Below, in pieces: positions 44,517 through 59,099 of a stretch of 64,000 nt of DNA. The notes under the pieces are model-generated. The model worked only from the letters and a program-made list of their open reading frames with translations, had not been told where the DNA came from and made no database searches. Position numbers and translations under genes: made by a program. Origin of the DNA: Octopus vulgaris (taxonomy: Eukaryota); the NCBI GenBank assembly GCA_951406725.2, contig OX597814.1, forward strand, positions 100,068,001-100,132,000, read 5' to 3'. The number at the start of each line of letters is the position of its first letter. Within the stretch, counting starts at the first letter, position 1.

Positions 44517-45398
44517 AACCTTTCCATTAAGTTGTATTATTATTGCAGTACCGTTGAAGCGAAATCATTTACGAGACATAAACATTATTAATTTATGATA
44601 TTATGATAAACAGTCGCTTTCATTGATCACTTATTTAGTCGTCCAATTAAAATTGTTGACTATTCAGTGTATTACAAGTCGTTGAGTATTTCAAATACTC
44701 TTGTCGCTATTAAGAACTCCTCGAGCAAAGCAATCTTCTTACTGTTTGTGAGATATTTCTGTCATTTTCAATTACAAGTAAAATCCATCGGACATGCTTC
44801 TATACAGTTTTGGTACATCTAATTTAACAGGTAATGGTTGCCTGCATGTAAGGTTATAGTAGAGAACCCTGGTCCAATGTGATATACTCGATGAACACAG
44901 GGCGAATTTCCTGTCTATTCGGCCATACCTGCATTTGTATGTTTGCCTGTATTTTTAATTATTTGAAGCGTTACTCTCATGAAGGAGCTGGTTTCTAACA
45001 AAGATACAAAGCTCCATCTTTGCTATGAGTATATGCATGGTTTACCTTTTGAGTTTTATTTAAGCTCTTTTTGAGTAAGTTCAAGCTGTTCGCTAACAAC
45101 TGACACAGACTTTTGAGAAAAGAATTTTCTCAGTCTTGTAAATGTTTTTTAATTGGTGCATTCGTTGAACTGGCAATGCATCTATTCACATAAGAATCTC
45201 AGATGGAGAAGTCTTGGAATATACAACAAATCTTCACCGTGCCACTAATAGATTGATTGTGTTTGGAGAATCCGTTTCACTGGTTTTGCTCTTTCTCCGT
45301 AAAACCGAGTATTTCTGAATTTTTATGCAAATTTGTCGGGACATAACCTAATGCACCTATGACGATAGGTACAAATAAGACTTCATAGTCACAGTATG

Positions 45399-45432
<34 letters not shown>

Positions 45433-45450
45433 TGTATGTATGTATGTATG

Positions 45451-45481
<31 letters not shown>

Positions 45482-46120
45482 TGTATGTATATATGTAACT
45501 ATGAATGACAAGCTGACTTATAAATCAACGAAATTCGTGCGCTTCTTTTTAGGCGCAAATATACAAATTTACTAGAAGATTATGATAGATGTTAGTTAAC
45601 GAAACAAACTTATTAATCTTCCAAATATTCATAATGATTAAAAGTTGTGCTAATACAATCAAGAAATTTGCGTGCTATAATCATTCTATTAGCATACTAT
45701 TAAATGAATGCTCGGAACGAAGAGAAAACAAAAGGAAGTAGAACCAAGATAATTAGACGCGTTAGTACGATTTTGTTTTGTCTTAATTCATTCTATTAAC
45801 ATTTGCTCTCTTATTCTACTTTCCACCGCCATTACTTTCCCAGCTTCATATCCTGTTCTTTTCCCGCATTTGTGCATTGCCATTGTTTTATTGGTCTTTG
45901 TTCTGGTTGTATATCAGCAAATCAAATTATTCGTTATACACACATACAGACACACAGGCGCGAGCACGCACGCACAGACTCGTACACACACATACGCACG
46001 CATACGAAGAGAGAGGGAGCGAGACCAGATAGTATACATTTGTGTGTATGTGTCTAAATACCGAATAAATTTATGAATCTATACATATGCATGCATACAT
46101 ACAGGCATACACACACACAC

Positions 46121-46186
46121 ATATTTATACATGATACATACGTACATATATATTTATATATGAAAATACATATAAATATATATGAG

Positions 46187-46218
<32 letters not shown>

Positions 46219-46366
46219 TATATATATATGTGTATATATATATATATATTCATATATATTTATATATATATATAAATATATATGAATATATATATATATA
46301 CTCATATATATTTATATGTATTTATATATATAAATATATATGTACGTATGTATCATGTATAAATAT
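46121..46366. repeat. Foldback made of microsatellite-derived sequence
   Basis: ATATTTATACATGATACATACGTACA at 46121 is the exact reverse complement of 46341-46366; nested inner palindrome. Confidence 0.85.
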
Positions 46367-46397
46367 ATATATATATATATGTGTGTGTGTGTACCTG

Positions 46398-46432
<35 letters not shown>

Positions 46433-46580
46433 AAAAAAATTCACATACACTGATACGCACACGCACAAACACACATGCACACAGACACAGACACGGAACA
46501 CACACGAGCATATACATATATATATGTATGCAGGTATATACACATATATATATATTCATATATATCTATGTATTAGTGTG

Positions 46581-46632
<52 letters not shown>

Positions 46633-47296
46633 TGTATTTATATATGTACGTCTAAGTCATATTTCTACAGTTATTGATTTCATTTATTTATGAAATATCT
46701 TCAGGATTTTTTTTTATATATATTTTTCCTTTTAGCATTTTTATTTAAATGGTTTGGCTTGAAATTACATTTCACTGTAGCTGTGTTTGTTATGTCTTTC
46801 ATATTCTCATTATATATTGTTTTATTATTTGTCATAAAATTCTGAGATTAGTTTTCTTCGTTATGGGCGCCGAAATTTGTGCTGTATTTGTTGTAATTAT
46901 CAATGAAAGACTGTATGTTTGCTATGCTTGCATCGTTGCAAACATTACAAATATTAATGAAAATAAACGAAAAGCAGAATAATATCAGAATACGGAGATT
47001 CAAATAAAGTGCGTGCACAGGTGTTTGTGTGTGTGCGCGTGTTTTCGCATGTGTGTACGTATAAGTTTATATACAATTGCTCACACATTCATGAAGACAT
47101 GCATACAAATATGTCCGTGTGTGTGTATATATATATATATATATTTATATATATGTGTGTGTGTGTGTGTGTGTCTGTGTGCCTGTGTGTATATGTGTAT
47201 ATATGAACTTATATATTTATAATTTATACATACGTGCATATATATTTTAAGTGTATTTATATAATTTATATATATGTATACACGCACACACACACA

Positions 47297-47367
<71 letters not shown>

Positions 47368-47569
47368 CTTTACACCCACACTAATATATCTGTGCATATG
47401 CACACAAGTATCTATGACTAGAAATGTATGCGTGTGCTCGCAGGTGCATATATGTTAACATATACACACTACACTATACCCATATGCAGACACACGCACA
47501 CTCACATAATCCTAATATATACATACAGACATACCTGCACATGGATGAAAACGTATGTACATATATAAA

Positions 47570-47613
<44 letters not shown>

Positions 47614-47682
47614 TATACATACATACATACATACATACATACATACATACATACATACATACATACATACATGCATACATAT

Positions 47683-47722
<40 letters not shown>

Positions 47723-48137
47723 GTATACATAAGTGTGTGTCTGCACGAATGTGTGTGTAGAGTGCGTGTATATTTGTGTTTGACTGCATGTAAGTTTTTG
47801 TGCGTGTCTTAGAGAGAGAGGTAGAGCGAGGTGGAGAGAAAGAAAGAATAGGAGAAAGGAGAGAGTGAGAATAGGAGAGTGTGTACAGTAAAACATTCTT
47901 GTCATCATTGAAAACGATTATGAAAATGGCTGAAATTGAAACGACGGTGTACGTTACAGAACTTAAGAAATCTCTAATTACAATATTCTTTACAGGATTC
48001 TCTAATCACTTTTGACATTAATTGATGGCACTCCATTCTTAAGAGATTGAATATCAATAATTAATGACTAAATAAATACACAAATAAATAAGCAAAACAA
48101 ACAATTGAATATGTATGTGTACGTGTGTGTACGTAAC

Positions 48138-48185
<48 letters not shown>

Positions 48186-48272
48186 ATGTATGAAAACGAA
48201 TGGTTTGGAACACCGACAACGATAGATATAGCATCATCATCAGCAACAACATCAACAAGAATAAGAACGGCA

Positions 48273-48319
<47 letters not shown>

Positions 48320-48339
48320 CACTACCACTACCACTACCT

Positions 48340-48405
<66 letters not shown>

Positions 48406-48469
48406 TTGCTACAGTTATTAGAATCACTTCTAACAAAATAATTATTATTTCTTACAAATAATACTGATA

Positions 48470-48870
48470 ATTTCTTACATTGTTTAACACAGACCTAAGG
48501 TTTTGTCGTTTCTAGAAAAAACAGAAATCCGATTAAATAATCTCTGTACTTTGTTTCATCGGGCCATGGATTAATAAAAAGCAAAGTAAAATGAGGCGGG
48601 ATTTGAACTCAAAATGTTAAGAATTCTAAGTCGTTATCGCAAAGCATATTTAACGACAGCCTAGCAATCCCGCAGGACCGTTTGCTTATCTATATGCGGA
48701 ATATTAACAATCACTATTATATCTGTCTTAAGGTAGGTATAAGTTGTGAAATTTTCAGGGCTATCGAATGCATAACCACTCATCCGCTCGTTACTTGACT
48801 GGTGCGTTATTTCATCGACTACAGACGGATGAACGCTAGATTTACTCTTGGTGGGATTTAAACTCAAGAC
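48470..48870 (-). mobile_element. Two degenerate tandem SINE family C copies
   Basis: AAAGCAAAGTAAAATGAGGCGGGATTTGAACTC and GGATGAACGCTAGATTTACTCTTGGTGGGATTTAAACTCA. Confidence 0.55.
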
Positions 48871-48892
48871 GTATTGAAGAAGAAAATGAAGA

Positions 48893-48962
<70 letters not shown>

Positions 48963-48963
48963 A

Positions 48964-49035
<72 letters not shown>

Positions 49036-49269
49036 CAGCAGCAGCTTACTTTAATATTTGCTACAAGGGAGACGGATGTGACGACATTACAGCATCGGAT
49101 TACAAAGCACAGTGGAGGTGAGGTTTTCACAGTGAAATAAAAGAAAAAGTATCAAAATGCATACACGGAATACAACAGTGCTTAAAAGTTATAAAATGCT
49201 ATATTCTGATATGGTAAAATGCATCTAGCCCTGATCAGTTAAAGAAACCAGATTCCCTAACTCTCAAAT

Positions 49270-49630
49270 GCAGAGGCAACCCCCCCAGCTTAGTTCTTCG
49301 TCCTACAAACTTCTTGTAGGCTAACCATTCACTCGGACAATAGACTTTACACCCACTTTACACTTCCTCCTTAATCTGCATGAACCTCTATAAGTAGTGG
49401 TAAATAAGGGGTTTGATAACGTTTGGCAGAGGTGGGAGGTTCCTTTGAGTCTTGTCTACCATAAAATCTAGTTAGACATAGTCACCAAATAGAGGTAAAC
49501 TTTCTGCTTTTCCAGGAAGAATAAAGGAAGCAAAGGTGATCCCTTGTTGGTATCATTTGATTACCAGATCAAATACACCCAGTAATCGATCATAATGGGT
49601 CCATGTAACTCCAGTTAACAAAAATACTTG
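49270..49630 (-). pseudogene. Possible decayed L1/Tx1-type ORF2 C-terminus
   Basis: ILW*TRLKG and YHYL*RFMQIKEEV in different frames; weak similarity from memory only. Confidence 0.3.
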
Positions 49631-49757
49631 CATATTTAACTTGTATGTGCAGAATGGTTTCATCACTCTGTGAGTATGTATGTATATATGTGTATACACA
49701 CACACACACATATATTTATATCTACAGAATATGTATGTGTATACATACATACACACG

Positions 49758-49809
<52 letters not shown>

Positions 49810-49816
<7 letters not shown>

Positions 49817-50100
49817 ATCACGTGACCGACCAGGCTATCAGATGTTGCTACATATCGCAGGTCACAATGCGCTTCGCATTGTATTAGCCTTCAAATGATG
49901 CTACCCCACTGCTTAAGTGAGCAGGCCAACAGGAGAAAGAGTGAGAGAAAGTTGTGGCGAAATATTACAGCAGGGACCGCCACCACCTCCTGCCAGAGCC
50001 TCCACCTCCTGCCAGAGCCTCCACCTCCTGCCAGAGCCTCCACCTCCTGCCGGAGCGAAAAGTTGTCTAATGCCTGGAAAAGGTGATAGTCAGTTGGTGC
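49810..50100. repeat. Composite insert: unknown repeat + 19-bp tandem repeat (~3.9 units, 49983-50056) + 46-bp mariner piece
   Basis: Unit CCACCTCCTGCCAGAGCCT; 50055-50100 matches 52650-52695. Confidence 0.85.
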
Positions 50101-50861
50101 ACACACACACACACATATATATATGATTATAAGAGTGTTTTTTTATGTATGAATGCATGTATGTTTTTATGCATGTGTATACGAATGCAGGTATGCAAGT
50201 ATAGTCGACAGCTAAAACTCCATTGAAAGTAAAATCTGTTCGATATACAGGAAACAACAGGAAGATACAAGTGACATTTTATAACATTTGAAGTACCTCA
50301 TTTAAAATTTGCTTCCATAAAATTCACGTTAGAGACCCATAAGGAGACCAATGGTCTATGAGCATTTAAATCAGAAAATGATGAGAGTGTTAAGGGAAAG
50401 CTTAGAGAAAAGGCAAAACTAAAATTAGTTATACGCAAGGTTTTAATGGGATATCTTTAAAAGGACAGAGCTGTTTCTTTATAGGCAATCAACTGAGATG
50501 TTTGCGATCTATAAATGTGAAAATTAGCAAACACCTATCTTGGCATTCTAACTACATGGAACAGTAGCCAAAACTCTGATATATAACATTCTACTAATTA
50601 TAAAAAGAGCAGACGACATGTGTAACAAGGTTGTTATAGTTGTAATATCTCATACCTTAAAAAGGACTGGGTGATGAAGACTTGTTATGTCTTTAATCGA
50701 AGTTAGTCATCAGTCAACGTCAAACAACATTAACAAATGGTTTGCAACATATATGTTTATGATCAAAACTTTTATGATCGTAATGAGTAGGTGAAAAAAT
50801 AAATAATAATATGTATGTTTCATACATCTTTGTTGTTCCTAGTTTTCGGATACACGCATGC

Positions 50862-51275
50862 CTTTTACTCTTTTGTCTTTTCCTTGCTTCAGTCATTTGA
50901 CATGCTGGAGCACCGCTTTTAGTCAGGCAAATCGACCCCAGGACTCATTCTTTGTAAGCCTAGTACTTATTTTATCGGTCTATTTTGCCGAACCGCTAAC
51001 TTACGGGGAACTAAAAACACCAGCATCAGTTGTCAAGCGATGTTGTGGGGACAAACACAGACACACAATCATATATACACACATACATATATATATATAT
51101 ATACATATATACGACGGGCTTCTTTCAGTTTCCGTCTACCAAATCTACTGACAAGGCATTGGTCGGCCCGGGGCTATAGCAGAAGACACTTGCCCAAGGT
51201 GCCACGCAGTGGGACTGAACCCGGAACCATGTTGTTGGTAAGCAAACTACTTACCACATAGCCACTCCTACGCCT
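50862..51275 (-). mobile_element. SINE family A, full length
   Basis: Reverse homologue of 24143-24567. Confidence 0.92.
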
Positions 51276-52408
51276 AACATTGCCTACAAATTAGACTAAC
51301 AGGCCACCTGGGTACGCTACGTGTTTGAAACTGTTATTTCATTTATCGTAAAATGCAGTGAAGTAAATGAACATTCGACTGCAACTATTTTATTAAAACC
51401 AAGCTATGAAATTATAGTTCCTTTCTTAAAGAATGGATATCAACGTATTACAATTAATTTCTGTTTTACAAAAAGCTTTTTATTACTGCACTGCACTTCA
51501 TGCAGTCAATTCTTAGTTGTGTATCACGTATTTTGCATATTATTACACGAAATGCTTTTGTAGATTTCAGAATAAATAAAATCATGTCTCTCTAGTTATC
51601 TACTTATGTGTGTGTGTGTGTATATATATGTGTGTGTGTGTACATGCGTGTGCGCGATGGTGTATCTGTGTGCGTGTGTTTTAGAACATCTGTTGTTACT
51701 TGCAGATTTTACACAACCATCGATACTTCAAATCTTGCGGCACTCCAGGGTAGAAACTCTGCAGCATGTAAGATATAGGATATTCTTACCCTTATCAATT
51801 TTCATTTTCTTGTCATGCTAATGACGATTTGACAACAGGTGTTTCTGTTCTTTGCTGTTTATTATCTTTCTCTTTCTCGTTTCTTTAAATAAACATTGTC
51901 CAGGTATATATCTTTACTGTTAGTAAAACTCATTACTGTTATGAAGATCATATTTCTTTCGTTTAACTTAGAATTGTTGCTATGATTCTAACACGATCAT
52001 TATAATCAAACAGCATCTAGAAATGTATTTTTTAACTAATTTATTCTCCAACATAAAATGCATGTGTACACTTACACATACGCATACATTCTTATGAAAT
52101 AAGTTTCTATGGTTAGTGTACAAATTTCAAAATGAATTTGAAAGAGAATTTACTAATTTTATGCGTATTAGCTGCAGATAGAACCCTTCTAGAGTTGATG
52201 GCTAATACAGTCTTTGCTACTCAATTAAAGGGATGCTTGTAACATTACAATACCTGTTGACGATACGGGAAGTCATCTGTTATTGCAATGGGTTCAGAAA
52301 GAGCCAAAAGAAAAGTTTGCAGTACCGCCGAGTAAGCCCTGCAGCTTCTATGTGAGGCAAAGCCGTTCTCGTGTTTATTTCACTTACATATACATACACA
52401 CATACATA

Positions 52409-52444
<36 letters not shown>

Positions 52445-52459
52445 TGTGTGTGTGTGTGA

Positions 52460-53702
52460 AAGTTTATTTTACTTTATCTCAACAAAAAGCAATGCAGTTA
52501 ATCCAAGTATGCACCTAAATGATCAACACAATTTTGCCATTTTATCTCAAGCTTATTTGTGCCGGCAGCGAAGAATTCTGAAGAGCAAGAGGTGAGGATA
52601 TCACGAAACGCTGTTTTTGCATCTTCTTCAGATTTATACTGTTTTCCTTGCGAAAAGTTGTCTAACGCCGGGAAAACGTGATAGTCAGTTGGTGCATGGT
52701 CTGGTGAATATGATGGCTGACAGAGTACTTCCAAGTTCAGTTCCTGTAACATGAGTAGCGTTCTTTGCGCTGGTCGAGCATTGTCTTGCAAGAGAATTGG
52801 TCCTTCTCTATTGACCAATCTCGGTTGTTTAATTGCAAGTCCACTCATTATTTCATCCAATTGGTTGATGTATACATCCGCTGTAGTTGACTTATGAGGT
52901 CTCATGAAGCTGTAATCGATGACCACAGTGCTGTACAACCAAACATACACGATTAATGTTTTTTGGTAAATATTCCTCTTTTGATTGTGTTTTGGCACTT
53001 TGACTCTATCCAACCACTGTGCAGAACGCATGCTATTGTTGAAAAGAATCCATGTTTCATCACACGTAACAATACAATGCAGAAATGCTTCGCTTTTATG
53101 CCGTGACAGCAAAGAACAGCGTTTCAAGACAAATTGTCATTTGATGCTCGTTCAGTTCGTGTGGTACCCACTTATCCAGCTTCTTTACTTTCCCGATTTG
53201 TTTCAGATGGTGCAATACAGTTGGAATGGAAATATCAAACCTTAGCTGTTGACCCACACGTAGTTTGACATGTATCCACTTTCACTACAGTTTCCAACTC
53301 ATCATTATCCACCTTGGTCTCAGTTCTAGCACGGGGCTGATTTTCAAGAGTAAAGTCACCAGACCGGAATTTTTCATACCATCGTCTTATAGTGCGCTCA
53401 TTCACCATATCTTCGCCAAACATCTCATTGATGGTTCGTGCTGTCTGGGATGCATTGGTTCCAGGATGGAACACATATTCATAAACAACACGATTTTTTT
53501 TATCTATCTATGGATTCACAAAGAATGATTTACAATAGAAAATTCACAATATAGCCAGACACCATGAATTGCATTTCGAAAAGTGATGATGCAACTCTTC
53601 GATGTTGTAAAACAAAGAATTGTCTGGATAAAACATCAGAATTAACGACTGTCAATATTGGTGCATAAGAAAATCGGATATTTCCTTCTGAATGACCTGA
53701 TA
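52460..53702 (-). mobile_element. Mariner (DD34D) transposon with frameshifted transposase
   Basis: ORFs 53235-53474 (HTH, RTIRRWYEKFRSGD) and 52498-53127 (TCDETW, LLQDNARP, YSPDHAPTDYHVF); one TIR-like end TCAGGTCATTCAG at ~53700, the other end lost. Confidence 0.93.
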
Positions 53703-53925
53703 TATATTCATTTATGTACACACACATACACGCACACACACACACACACACACACACCCACACACACACACACATTGTGTATGTGTGTGTGTATGACGAA
53801 TATTTTTTATTCCCTCAACGTGTTAACTTTTTAGTGATATAGTGGCTTTTTTGAATATTTTTCGACTCTTATATCTAGCAACGCTGGTACTATCTAGTAC
53901 CCTTGATCATATATATATATATATA

Positions 53926-53963
<38 letters not shown>

Positions 53964-54172
53964 CATGCATGTATGTATGTATATATTAGTGTGTCTACGC
54001 ATATATATGTATTTACATATGAATGTGTCTGCAACTATATAAATACATATACATACATATATGTGTGTTTTTGTATGTATGTGTGTCTATGAATGTAAAA
54101 ATATCTGCATGCGTAGATTTCATGTTTATTATGTCTCCGTAATATATTTCGGGAGGAAAATACGTTTTGTGT

Positions 54173-54223
<51 letters not shown>

Positions 54224-55479
54224 GTGTGAATTTATACGTTTTAGTCATTGTTAATATATGCGTGTGCATATAAATTTGTTTTGATGATTTATAGTCTGCA
54301 AAATCCAATAGTTAACTCCCTTTGTAGTTCTTGTTTTGAATCAAATGAACAATAGCAATGGTGTAATATTAAAATTAATATATGAAAAACATTATTGATA
54401 ATGGGCTCACGGCTGCCATTTTATATCGTTGCAATAATTCTTAAATTATCCAAAATCTATTAAATTTCTCTTCATTCTATTGCAATTTGGCAACAACGTT
54501 GACATCTGTTTATGTGAGTTTTATTTAAAATTGTCCTTTTATCAAATTATCCTCTTCGCCTTAATTGTTTATTTTCAGGAAAATGACGTATGATGAATAT
54601 TACGTTTTCTGCTTTGATTTAAGTTTCATTCATTTAATACGGAAAAAAACTACTCCCATAGAAATCTGTTGTCAGTTTTAGTAATGTTATTATGGTTTGC
54701 ATTTTGAAAATATCGAATACGTAATAATATTCGACAGAGATAGAAACTAAAGGAATGTGTGCTTAATTCTAAATATTCCTGTTAGTCACAATTCTCGGCC
54801 CAACCCTAACGATTTAAATTACATTTCAAATCTTCAGAAGACAAAAAGATCACTATAAAATGTTTTAACTACAAACCTTCCCTAAACAACTAACAATTTA
54901 GTCTTGTATATATCGATTACTAGCCTAGCAAATGGGTAAAATGTTGCAGAGACCCCAGGAATATGACTTCTTTTATCGTCTTCTATTGAAATACGAATCT
55001 GAGCCAAGGAGGGCAAAAATACTTGTATTCAGTAAGTTATCTTGTTCTGGGTTTTGTTACTATTCTGACAACTCTGGACGAAGAAAGCTGATAAGCATGC
55101 AGCTTTTTAACTAATTCAACACTTTTAGATCCAGCAAACTTCAAATTCCGATACTGCTTTTCATCAAGCCAGTTTCAATTCGCTGGTATTAATTACTCTG
55201 TTCAAGGACAACGATACTGTGTTTTAATTATTTTCGCTACAGTTTCAGTACAACCTTTTAATAATTCTATCTACAAATCACAATTCTTTTAATGAATGCC
55301 AAATTCTATTTCGGTATTTTTCGTCTAAAGGGTGAAGAAAACTGACTTTTGAACTAATTATAAACTTTAATGCATGAATCAGCCATTATCATTTGCGATG
55401 CAATCAATATAATTATTTAAAGAACTTGATTAATTAGAAATAGTAACGTGTTAAATATTTGGTGGTGTCAATGTAGTAA

Positions 55480-58145
55480 CAAAGATGAAGATAATTGACA
55501 TAAGCCTGATAGAATCAACAGGTTCAGAAATTTAATTAGATAATATCATTGTGTTAATAATTACTGTGACAAACGACATTAATGACTAATAAATTCCCCA
55601 GGAAAAGGAAATTATACAAGAATGTTAATTAGTAATAAATGAAGTAAGTAACAAAACCAACGTCCTTAATATCACAGACAGGATGTAGATTATATCGTAG
55701 GTGATAATACCACTAGCAGTATCAATTTCAACTTGACTCATAATTCATGGTAGATTTGGTTCCAGTGCCCTAAACTAACGAAATAGTTGACAATTACACA
55801 ATTCCTGCTTGTGTCAGGAGATGTACTACTCAATAATTATTTCGATTTACAGTTAGATATTGTGAATCAACAAGAATTAAGATAATACGTTGTCAACTCA
55901 ACCAGTTTCGATTGGCATTGTCAAATCTCATTGTATTGATATCAATTCGATTTTAATATTGCATTAATTTGTTCCAAGACGTAATACAATGATGAGTTCT
56001 TTCTTTAGTTTTAATTAAAGTAATCTTTCTGAATTTTGATTTATGTCGCTTAAAGTTTCGTTGACAACTCATTGAAGTTTAACTATGAATCACATTCTTT
56101 CAATATCGGTGGCATAATTTTCCTAACATAAGCACGTTGAGTTAACCAAAATTACAAGCGAATGTTTAGGATAAAAATTACAACTCTGATACACTACATA
56201 TATCTCATACTTAAATTTTTATATATTTATTTATTTTTTTTATTTAGCGTATCCTGTCACATGGTTTCAGTTTCGATTCCACTACAACAATTTTAGGTGG
56301 CGCCACCCAGACATTTACGAGAAGCACTGTGAAGAAAATATAGCAGAAGTGAAACTAAGAAAAGCTATCGGAAGGATTGAGTGAAGACGGTTCTGAAGAC
56401 TTTCGAGGTCTGATCAATAAGTATCCGGACTGGTACTATATAAACAAAACTACAACACGTACCAGTTTGGCATTTAATCTCCTTCAAAATTGTCTCCTTC
56501 GGAAGCCACACACTTAATCCATCGCTGTTTCCATTGATGCAAGCATTCCTAGGACTCGTTTTTTTAGGGGGAAGGGGATAATAAGCAGCTGAATTCACTT
56601 TGATTTCCTCGACGTACTGAAATTTTCCTTTCAAGCGGGATTTGTTTTTTGGGAAGAGAGAAAAGTCACAAGGTGCAAAATCTGGGGAATACGGTGGCTG
56701 GAGAATGCTGTGCCTAGCTAAAATCTACTGCACAAGCTGCGCTGGTTGGGCAGGTGCATTGTAAGATGAAAGCTGTTTTGGCACAAACTTGGCAGACAAT
56801 GATAATGGACTGAATTCAACCGTTACTGATCTGCATATCTTATGATAACTCGTGGATGGTGATTCAACGATTTCCCCTCACAGATGCATGTACATCTGCG
56901 ATGTTTTTCTCAGTTCTGTCGGTTGTGGGTCTTCCAGAACGTTTGTGTCTATCGACATTTTTTCAGCTCATACACTCCTCTCCATACACTTTCTGCATCT
57001 TTGAACAGGTATCGCCAAGCTTATGGCAAACTTTGATGCAGATTCATGATCAATGCGACGATCACACGCTACACACATTCCTTCCAAGCACTGCTGAAAA
57101 CAGCAGAAGTGAGCTAGAACGTTAAAACTTAGTGCGCATGTACAACAGAGTTCAAGGTCAATTTGTGCCAAGTGGCTTCACTCTGTGTGCTTTAGCTTTG
57201 TTACTATGATCAAACCACATACAACTGAGAAATCAAGTGGGATGTCATACCCATGATACGGCATTGTATTGTTACTATGACAATTCTGCACTTACCCAAT
57301 ACAGAAATATATTATGACTATTATAAACCAATACAGAAATTATGTGCTCAATTACTCCTTCGTTTATTCAATAATAAATTATTTCTATAATATCGCAAGA
57401 ATTTTTGATGGACGTCAATTTCAAGAAACTATTAGAAATTACATTTGACTTGACGGTACCATTCATCAATTGTGTTCATCCACAGAATAACCTTATAGAT
57501 AATATGAGACTCGGATTTATGAGTCATGCTTAAGAAGAAAATATTTGAACTCTAATTATTCCAAACAGAGTAATCGCAAATTTATTAATTAAACTTAAGT
57601 AATTCCACTAATGATATACCCCACGTTGAGTCAACGTAAGAAATTTTCTTCAGTTCCAGTTACACTTTATTCAAAGGAAAAATTTCTTCTGAAATTATTA
57701 TAAATATTGAAAGCCAAGGTATGATCACTAAAATCTGAATGAACAATTAATAAATTTAGACCATCACAAAGAAGCGATTGACTTGAGAATTTATTAGATT
57801 TGCTCCAATGCAGCTGATTGCAACAACTAACTTTCTTCAAAAACAAGAGAATATGGAGTACACTGGTCGTCTAATCCAATCATTAAATTGAAATTTAATC
57901 TAATGCAGCAAGTAATAATGTTTGTCTCTAATGTATCAGTGATTAAACAGTACTTTTAATTGACTCAATATAGTATGATTACATTGGCAAGACAGTCGTA
58001 GATAGAAGGCCTCTTGACGTAGACATATGTGGCTACAACCATCCTTGTATCTCCAGGCAATAAGTTTGTCCTTTTCCTAAAAAGTGCGTCAGCTTTAGAT
58101 GTCATGATTCTGGAGATTGTCTCCCTTTGTTATATAGAGTTATTC
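55480..58145 (+). pseudogene. Heavily decayed multi-cadherin-repeat gene segment, interrupted by a mariner
   Basis: Frameshifted motifs in cadherin order: ITVTNDIND (55575), QDVD..YIVGDN (55681), LNYEIVDNYTI (55770), FNYE (56078), NV*DKNYN (56170), TNDIP (57607), SALD.DSGD..LYRVI (58089). Confidence 0.55.
56400..57250 (-). mobile_element. Internally deleted mariner element
   Basis: TIR-like CGAGGTCTGATCAATAAGTATCCGGACT; QPPYSPDFAPCDFSLFP; N-terminal CIKVCHKLGDT..QKVYGE; right boundary approximate. Confidence 0.8.
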
Positions 58146-58271
58146 TAATATGTAATTACTCTAAACTCTCAGGAGGCGCAAATAATTTTCATAAATCAAG
58201 AATTTTTTATGTATATTTATGATGAGGTGTGTGCATGTATGTATGTGTCTATGTGTGCGTGCAAGCGAGTA

Positions 58272-58323
<52 letters not shown>

Positions 58324-58668
58324 TGAGTGAGTGAGTGTGTGTGTATATTCATTATTAATATCACATGCATAAAATAAATAGTAACTACAGAAGTTGCGGC
58401 TTTCGTTTGGGAAAAATCCCTTTAAAGGCGTATAGTGTTAAAAAAGCGCAATGTATATCAACGCTAGGCAAAACGAAATGACACAGGAATACCGGTGTTT
58501 CGCAGCATTGTTTGTCAGTGCCACATAATCGCGTCGACTCCGGTACGATGTCTAAATCGTTAGCCTCAGTGTCACGATTTCAATTTTTTTCTGTTTTTCC
58601 ATCGATCTGATTCAAATAACTATCAAATCTGAATAAACTTTAAAAAGACATATTGAATAATCTAGTCA

Positions 58669-59016
58669 TCTATTATATAAAATCCGTTATGTCTGTCTAT
58701 GTGTGTGTTTTCTAGGATCTCGGGCATCCTCCATCAGATTGCGCTCAAATTTCATATGTAGATACCGACGGTATCAGGGAGTGTATAATTCTTGAAAAAT
58801 TTACAAAAATCGATTCCATGAGAGAATGCGATCGATAAAGCTGCGGGAACGAGCATTTGTACGCGCAAGTACATCAGTCGAAATCCGTCTTTTGCTGGTG
58901 TCTCAAATTTAGGTTAAACCAGTGTTTCTCAAAGGGGAGGCCTATGGGACGGTCGGACAAGTTTTTTTGAGAAAATTTGGCTTAAATGTTTGAAAACTCA
59001 GCACAATCCATTGGAC
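58669..59016 (+). mobile_element. Helitron/Helentron-like non-autonomous element, 5' part
   Basis: A|TCTATTATATAAAA start, then GTCTGTCT and GATTGCGCTCAAATTT; distal part shared with 11693-11825. Confidence 0.55.
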
Positions 59017-59099
59017 GGTGGTGGTGGTATATTAAAAAAATAAAACCTCTATTGATCATAGACCTGACCGAAGAAAAGTCAAGCTGAAGATAAACAAAA

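Noticed and set aside
49983-50056. 19-bp repeats as a CRISPR-like array
   Set aside because: The units are contiguous with no spacers, there are no cas genes, and the context is eukaryotic
50200-50760. Possible old LINE fragment (also 3290-3640)
   Set aside because: No diagnostic motif recovered by manual translation
52498-53474. Domesticated SETMAR-like gene
   Set aside because: No SET domain; the transposase is split by frameshifts and has a TIR-like end, so it is an ordinary mariner relic
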